Positions 59,580 through 64,000 of a stretch of 64,000 nt of DNA are shown in pieces. The DNA comes from Candidatus Cloacimonadales bacterium (GTDB lineage: Bacteria > Cloacimonadota > Cloacimonadia > Cloacimonadales > JAFGVF01). The translations under genes and the position numbers were made by a program. Every line of letters begins with the position of its first letter. Position 1 is the stretch's first letter. The DNA is taken from the NCBI GenBank assembly GCA_963662585.1, contig OY759729.1, positions 1,824,001 to 1,888,000 on the forward strand. The letters run 5' to 3'. The notes beneath the pieces are model-generated. The model saw nothing but the letters and a program-made list of their open reading frames with translations, was not told the origin of the DNA and did not search any database.

Positions 59580-61745
59580 TTGTTAAATGAACTAAATAAA
59601 GAGCAACAGGAAGTAGTTGCAACAACAGAAGGGGCGGTATTAGTATTAGCTGGGGCTGGTAGTGGAAAGACTAGAACTATCATTTATCGGACAGCTTACT
59701 TAATCAACCAGAAAGGTGTGGATCCTTTCAATATCCTTATCGTCACTTTTACTAATAAAGCTTCTAGTGAGCTTAGGGAAAGGCTTCTTACTTATTTTGG
59801 AATAAATCCTTCTCGCTTATGGGTTGGGACTTTTCATTCTATTTGTTTGAGGATTCTAAGAAGTGAATACAAATTTACTAAGTTTAATTCTAATTTTACT
59901 ATCTATGATAGTGATGACCAGAAGGCACTTCTCAAGAAGGTTTATAAACGATTGGGGATAGCTAAAGAGAACTTTCCACTTCCTCAAATGAAGGCTTCTA
60001 TTAGCAAGCGAAAGAATGAGTTTTTGCTACCTGAAGATTTACAGTTTTTAAAAGATGAAGGTTTTTCTAATAGGATATATTTACAAGTTTACACTGAATA
60101 TCAGAAAGAGTTAGTTAATAACAATTGCATGGATTTTGATGATATAATGGTTTATACCTTGAAGCTTTTTCATGAACATAAAGAGGTCTTACAAAGGTAT
60201 CAAGAGATTTTCAAGTTCGTTATGATTGATGAATACCAAGATACAAATGTGATTCAGTATAAATTAACTTCGCTTTTAGCAGAACCAGATAATAATATTT
60301 GTGTGGTGGGTGATGATGATCAAGCTATATATTCTTGGCGTGGTGCAGATATTACTAATATCCTTAAATTTGATAAAATACACAAAGAAACTGCTGTTAT
60401 TAGATTAGAACAAAATTATAGGTCTAGTCGACAAATCTTAGAGATTGCTAATCAGTTAATCAGTAACAATGAAGAGAGACATCCTAAGAAGCTAAGAACA
60501 GAGATAGAATCTGTTCAACAGCCAGTTATGAAGAGATTAGAGACTGATGTTGATGAAGCAAGATACATTGTAGAAGAAATTCAGAATATTCAGCAGGAAT
60601 ATGGATTAAGATTAAATGATATTGCTGTACTCTATCGAACTAATTCGCAATCTAGACTCTTAGAAACAGAACTGATCAAGCAAAATCTTCCCTATAAAAT
60701 CGTCGGGGGTATAAATTTCTACCAACGCAAAGAAATTAAGGATATTCTTTCTTATTTAAAATGTATTATTAATCCTGCTGATAACGAGAGTTTTCAACGC
60801 ATAATTAATAGTCCAACAAGGGGAATAGGCAAGACTACGATAAATGTTATTAGTAACTATGCTATTGATCATAGTTTATCTTTAAGTGATGCGATAATGC
60901 ATGTAGATAAGATAGATTCTTTATCTGCTAGAGCTAAAACTGCTGTTGGTAAGTTTGCTAAACTTCTGAAGAAATGGCGAGATAAAGCTAATTATATTAA
61001 CTGTTTTGAAATAACTAATTTAGTGATTTCGGATATAGATATTGTTGCACTTCTCTCAAAATCAGATGACCCTAAGCTCAATTCTCAAGCAGAGAATATT
61101 AAAGAGTTTATTAGCTCTACTTCACAATTTAGAGAAGAGTTTCTGCAGAATAATGATGTAGAACCTTATTTAGAAGATTTCCTTAATTCTGTTCAGTTAC
61201 TAACCGATTTAGATAGATTTGATCGTGATTCAGATTCTGTAAATCTATTAACTATTCATAATGCTAAAGGTTTAGAATTTCAAGCAGTCTTTGTTGCAGG
61301 GATTGAAGAGGGGTTATTACCTCACAATCGTTCAATTTTTGAAGACAAGGGTATTGAAGAGGAGAGAAGATTATTATATGTTGCTATTACTCGAGCCAAA
61401 GAGTATCTTTATTTAACTTATGCTAATTATAGAAGAATTAATGGTTTAAATGATGCATCTGCACCAAGTAGGTTCTTATCAGAGATTGGAACAAAGACTA
61501 CTAATAAGAGTAGTTTTGTTACTTATCCTCAAGCACCTAAAAGAAAAAGTTTGGCAGCAGTAAAGAAACCGAATAAAATATTGAATGACAGTAAGTTTAG
61601 GCCTGGTGATAAAGTGCACCATGAAATCTTTGGGAAGGGCATGGTCATTTCTTCTAATGGAGAGGGTGATAGTATGATTTTAACCATATCCTTCACAACA
61701 GGTCTGCTAAAAAAGATAAATGTTAAATATATTGAACTCGTTTAA
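59580..61745 (+). CDS. uvrD: ATP-dependent DNA helicase UvrD/PcrA
   Basis: AGAGSGKT, TFTNKA, DEYQD, VGDDDQAIY, LEQNYRS, HNAKGLEF, EERRLLYVAITRA; C-terminal Tudor-like domain. Confidence 0.95.
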   Translation: MLNELNKEQQEVVATTEGAVLVLAGAGSGKTRTIIYRTAYLINQKGVDPFNILIVTFTNKASSELRERLLTYFGINPSRLWVGTFHSICLRILRSEYKFTKFNSNFTIYDSDDQKALLKKVYKRLGIAKENFPLPQMKASISKRKNEFLLPEDLQFLKDEGFSNRIYLQVYTEYQKELVNNNCMDFDDIMVYTLKLFHEHKEVLQRYQEIFKFVMIDEYQDTNVIQYKLTSLLAEPDNNICVVGDDDQAIYSWRGADITNILKFDKIHKETAVIRLEQNYRSSRQILEIANQLISNNEERHPKKLRTEIESVQQPVMKRLETDVDEARYIVEEIQNIQQEYGLRLNDIAVLYRTNSQSRLLETELIKQNLPYKIVGGINFYQRKEIKDILSYLKCIINPADNESFQRIINSPTRGIGKTTINVISNYAIDHSLSLSDAIMHVDKIDSLSARAKTAVGKFAKLLKKWRDKANYINCFEITNLVISDIDIVALLSKSDDPKLNSQAENIKEFISSTSQFREEFLQNNDVEPYLEDFLNSVQLLTDLDRFDRDSDSVNLLTIHNAKGLEFQAVFVAGIEEGLLPHNRSIFEDKGIEEERRLLYVAITRAKEYLYLTYANYRRINGLNDASAPSRFLSEIGTKTTNKSSFVTYPQAPKRKSLAAVKKPNKILNDSKFRPGDKVHHEIFGKGMVISSNGEGDSMILTISFTTGLLKKINVKYIELV

Positions 61746-61754
61746 GGAGTTATA

Positions 61755-62711
61755 ATGAAAAGACTAGTCCTAGCAATTATGCTAATAAATATAATGACAC
61801 TACTTGTAGCTTTTGATAAGTATGCTGGAGAAATTTATGAAATACCAGTAGGAGTAAGGAATATAGCTTTAGGAAATACAGGTTTAACCGATATTAATGG
61901 CTATTCTCCAGCCTTCTGGAACGCGGCTTTGCTACCTGAATTACAGAATTCAAGTATGGAACTTATGCATGCTAATGAGTTTGATGGACTCTTCAAGTAT
62001 GATAGTTTTTCCTTTTATTATCATGCTCAAAACTCAATTGCTATAAGTATGACTCGTATTGCTATTAATGATATACCCTTAACAAAGCTTGAGAATGGTG
62101 ATTTACCACTTTCCAATGATAATCGTCCTTATGCTTACAAGTATGTTGATAACAATGATTATCTGCTTAATATTGCTTTGGGTAGAAGAATTAATGATAA
62201 ATTAAATTTGGGGATTACTCCTAAAATCACTTATAGGAAGTTGGCTGAAGAGTCTGCTTGGGCTTTAGGTGCTGATCTTGGAATGCTGTATAAGGTTAGT
62301 TCAAATTTTATGTTTGCTTCCAAAATCAGTAATGTTCTTGCAACTCATATCTTATGGGAAAATGGTGAGTATGAACTTGTTTCTCCTAAGGGGGAAGTTG
62401 AATTTCGCTATGAATTCTCATTCTGGGGTGATAAAATACCTCTGGAATTAATGATGAGAAGTGATGTTTATCTCTTTGCAGATAAGAATATTGGCGATTA
62501 TGATCTAAGTTTTACTTCCCTAAGTAATCATTATGGTTTGGCAGTTACTCCATTTCAGAATATCTCTTTGCTAGCTGGCTATGATGTAGATTCGATAACT
62601 GCTGGAGTAGATTTAAAATATCGTAATTTTGCTCTTTTCTATGCCTATAAAAATAATAACAATGGTGATCTTGGTAATTCTCAAAAAATATCTTTAGGAT
62701 ACAAATTTTAA
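61755..62711 (+). CDS. PorV/FadL-like outer-membrane beta-barrel protein
   Basis: Signal peptide, GVRNIALG...AFWNAALL plug motif, C-terminal ISLGYKF. Confidence 0.7.
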   Translation: MKRLVLAIMLINIMTLLVAFDKYAGEIYEIPVGVRNIALGNTGLTDINGYSPAFWNAALLPELQNSSMELMHANEFDGLFKYDSFSFYYHAQNSIAISMTRIAINDIPLTKLENGDLPLSNDNRPYAYKYVDNNDYLLNIALGRRINDKLNLGITPKITYRKLAEESAWALGADLGMLYKVSSNFMFASKISNVLATHILWENGEYELVSPKGEVEFRYEFSFWGDKIPLELMMRSDVYLFADKNIGDYDLSFTSLSNHYGLAVTPFQNISLLAGYDVDSITAGVDLKYRNFALFYAYKNNNNGDLGNSQKISLGYKF

Positions 62712-63841
62712 TGGAAAAAATAAAAGTAGCTATTTTAGGAATTACTGGTTCAATTGGTGATTCATCTTGTGAAGTAATAAGAAAGAATAGAGATAGATTT
62801 GATATAGTTTTAGCTTCTGCTCATCGTAAATTTCCTAAACTTATGGAGATTCAAGAAGAGTTTAATATTCCTAGCGTAGTTGTTACTGGCAAGGGTTATT
62901 ATGCTACTAAAGATGATTATGGCTGTGATATTTACCTTAGTGAAGAATCTTTGTTGCATCTTCTTAGGGAGAGTGATTATGATATTGTTATTAATGCAAT
63001 AACAGGTTCAGCAGGTTTAAGATCAACTATTGCTGTTTTAGAAAGAGGTAAGAAATTAGCTTTAGCCAATAAAGAATCCTTAGTAATGGCTGGTCATCTG
63101 ATTCAGAAATATACTAAAGATAATCCCATATTACCTATTGATAGTGAGCACTCTGCCATTTTTCAGGCTTTAGGTAATCATTCTCAAGAGGAAGTAGCAG
63201 AGTTAATTATCACTGCTTCAGGTGGTTCTTTTCGGGATCGTAAGCTTGATACTTTTAATACTATCACTCTTGCTGATGCTCTTAAACATCCAACCTGGGA
63301 TATGGGGGCAAAAGTTACTATCGATTCAGCTACTATGATGAATAAAGGTTTAGAAGTCATTGAAGCTCATTGGTTATTCAATATGCCATTTAATAAAATC
63401 AAAGCTATTATCCACCCTCAATCTATTATTCATTCACTTGTGAAGTTTAAAGATGGTTCTTTAATCTCTCAGATGAGTAATCCTAGTATGCAAATACCTA
63501 TACTCTATGCTCTCACTCACCCTAAACACATTGAGTTTAATAATGTTGAGACTGATCTTTTAAAGATTCCTGCTTTGACCTTCAGGGAGATAGACCCTAA
63601 GCGATATCCACTCTTCTTCTTAGCTTTAGAAGTTGGGGAAGAAGGCGGAATTATGCCAACTATTATGAATTCTGCAAATGAGGCTTGTATTGAACTTTTT
63701 CTCAATAATAAAATAGAATTTAGGGATTTCTATTCTATTATTTCAGAGACTTTGCTAGCTTCTCAGCAAATACAAAACCCTAGTTTAGAAGAAATAATTG
63801 AGATTAATGAAAGTGTGTATAAGAAGATTGTAAGAAAGTGA
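62711..63841 (+). CDS. dxr: 1-deoxy-D-xylulose 5-phosphate reductoisomerase
   Basis: LGITGSIG, LANKESLV, PIDSEH, HPTWDMGAKVTIDSATMMNKGLE. Confidence 0.97.
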   Translation: MEKIKVAILGITGSIGDSSCEVIRKNRDRFDIVLASAHRKFPKLMEIQEEFNIPSVVVTGKGYYATKDDYGCDIYLSEESLLHLLRESDYDIVINAITGSAGLRSTIAVLERGKKLALANKESLVMAGHLIQKYTKDNPILPIDSEHSAIFQALGNHSQEEVAELIITASGGSFRDRKLDTFNTITLADALKHPTWDMGAKVTIDSATMMNKGLEVIEAHWLFNMPFNKIKAIIHPQSIIHSLVKFKDGSLISQMSNPSMQIPILYALTHPKHIEFNNVETDLLKIPALTFREIDPKRYPLFFLALEVGEEGGIMPTIMNSANEACIELFLNNKIEFRDFYSIISETLLASQQIQNPSLEEIIEINESVYKKIVRK

Positions 63842-64000
63842 GAATTTAAAATTTTCACATAAATTAAGGCGAGGAGTATTTCTTTAATCGTCTAGGGAGG
63901 ACATTTAATAGGGAGTGTTGGCAAGATACTCCTAGAGAATCCCCCCGAAATTACTTGGCCTCGCTAGCGGACAGGGGATAAACTGAAGATAAATGTAAAA

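Overview
AT-rich bacterial chromosome segment from a diderm, probably anaerobic organism. The protein repertoire (PorV-like barrel, short RpoD-like sigma, pgsBCW, Bacteroidetes-style LytS/LytTR) suggests the FCB group, possibly Cloacimonadota; this is inference only. In order it holds: a selenium cluster (class-V desulfurase, UGA-containing selD with a SECIS-like hairpin, DUF3343-like, yedF); a hybrid kinase; znuACB; an acyP/LysM-M23/sigma/ptb operon; a LytS/LytTR pair; a DDE IS inserted in a modular palindromic repeat array; an ars cluster; pabABC; lepA; a short-chain chromate transporter pair flanked by inverted repeat copies; murA, mnmA and transporters. Next comes the core block tRNA(Thr,Tyr,Gly,Thr)-tuf-rpmG-tRNA(Trp)-secE-nusG-rplKAJL-rpoBC-rpsLG with no fusA. 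The rest is a poly-gamma-glutamate operon with two extra envelope genes, gpsA, another repeat array, and a wecA-like/RNase Z-like/lipoprotein/uvrD/PorV-like/dxr operon. The most striking observations are: (1) an ~80-aa insertion in RpoB that aligns by eye with the L7/L12 C-terminal domain encoded just upstream; (2) a dispersed family of heptamer-headed, module-shuffled palindromic arrays at five loci; (3) pgsBCW plus a candidate periplasmic protein and outer-membrane barrel, a possible diderm PGA export system; (4) nested SBHM-like modules in the RpoC jaw. All alignments were done by eye; no searches were run.
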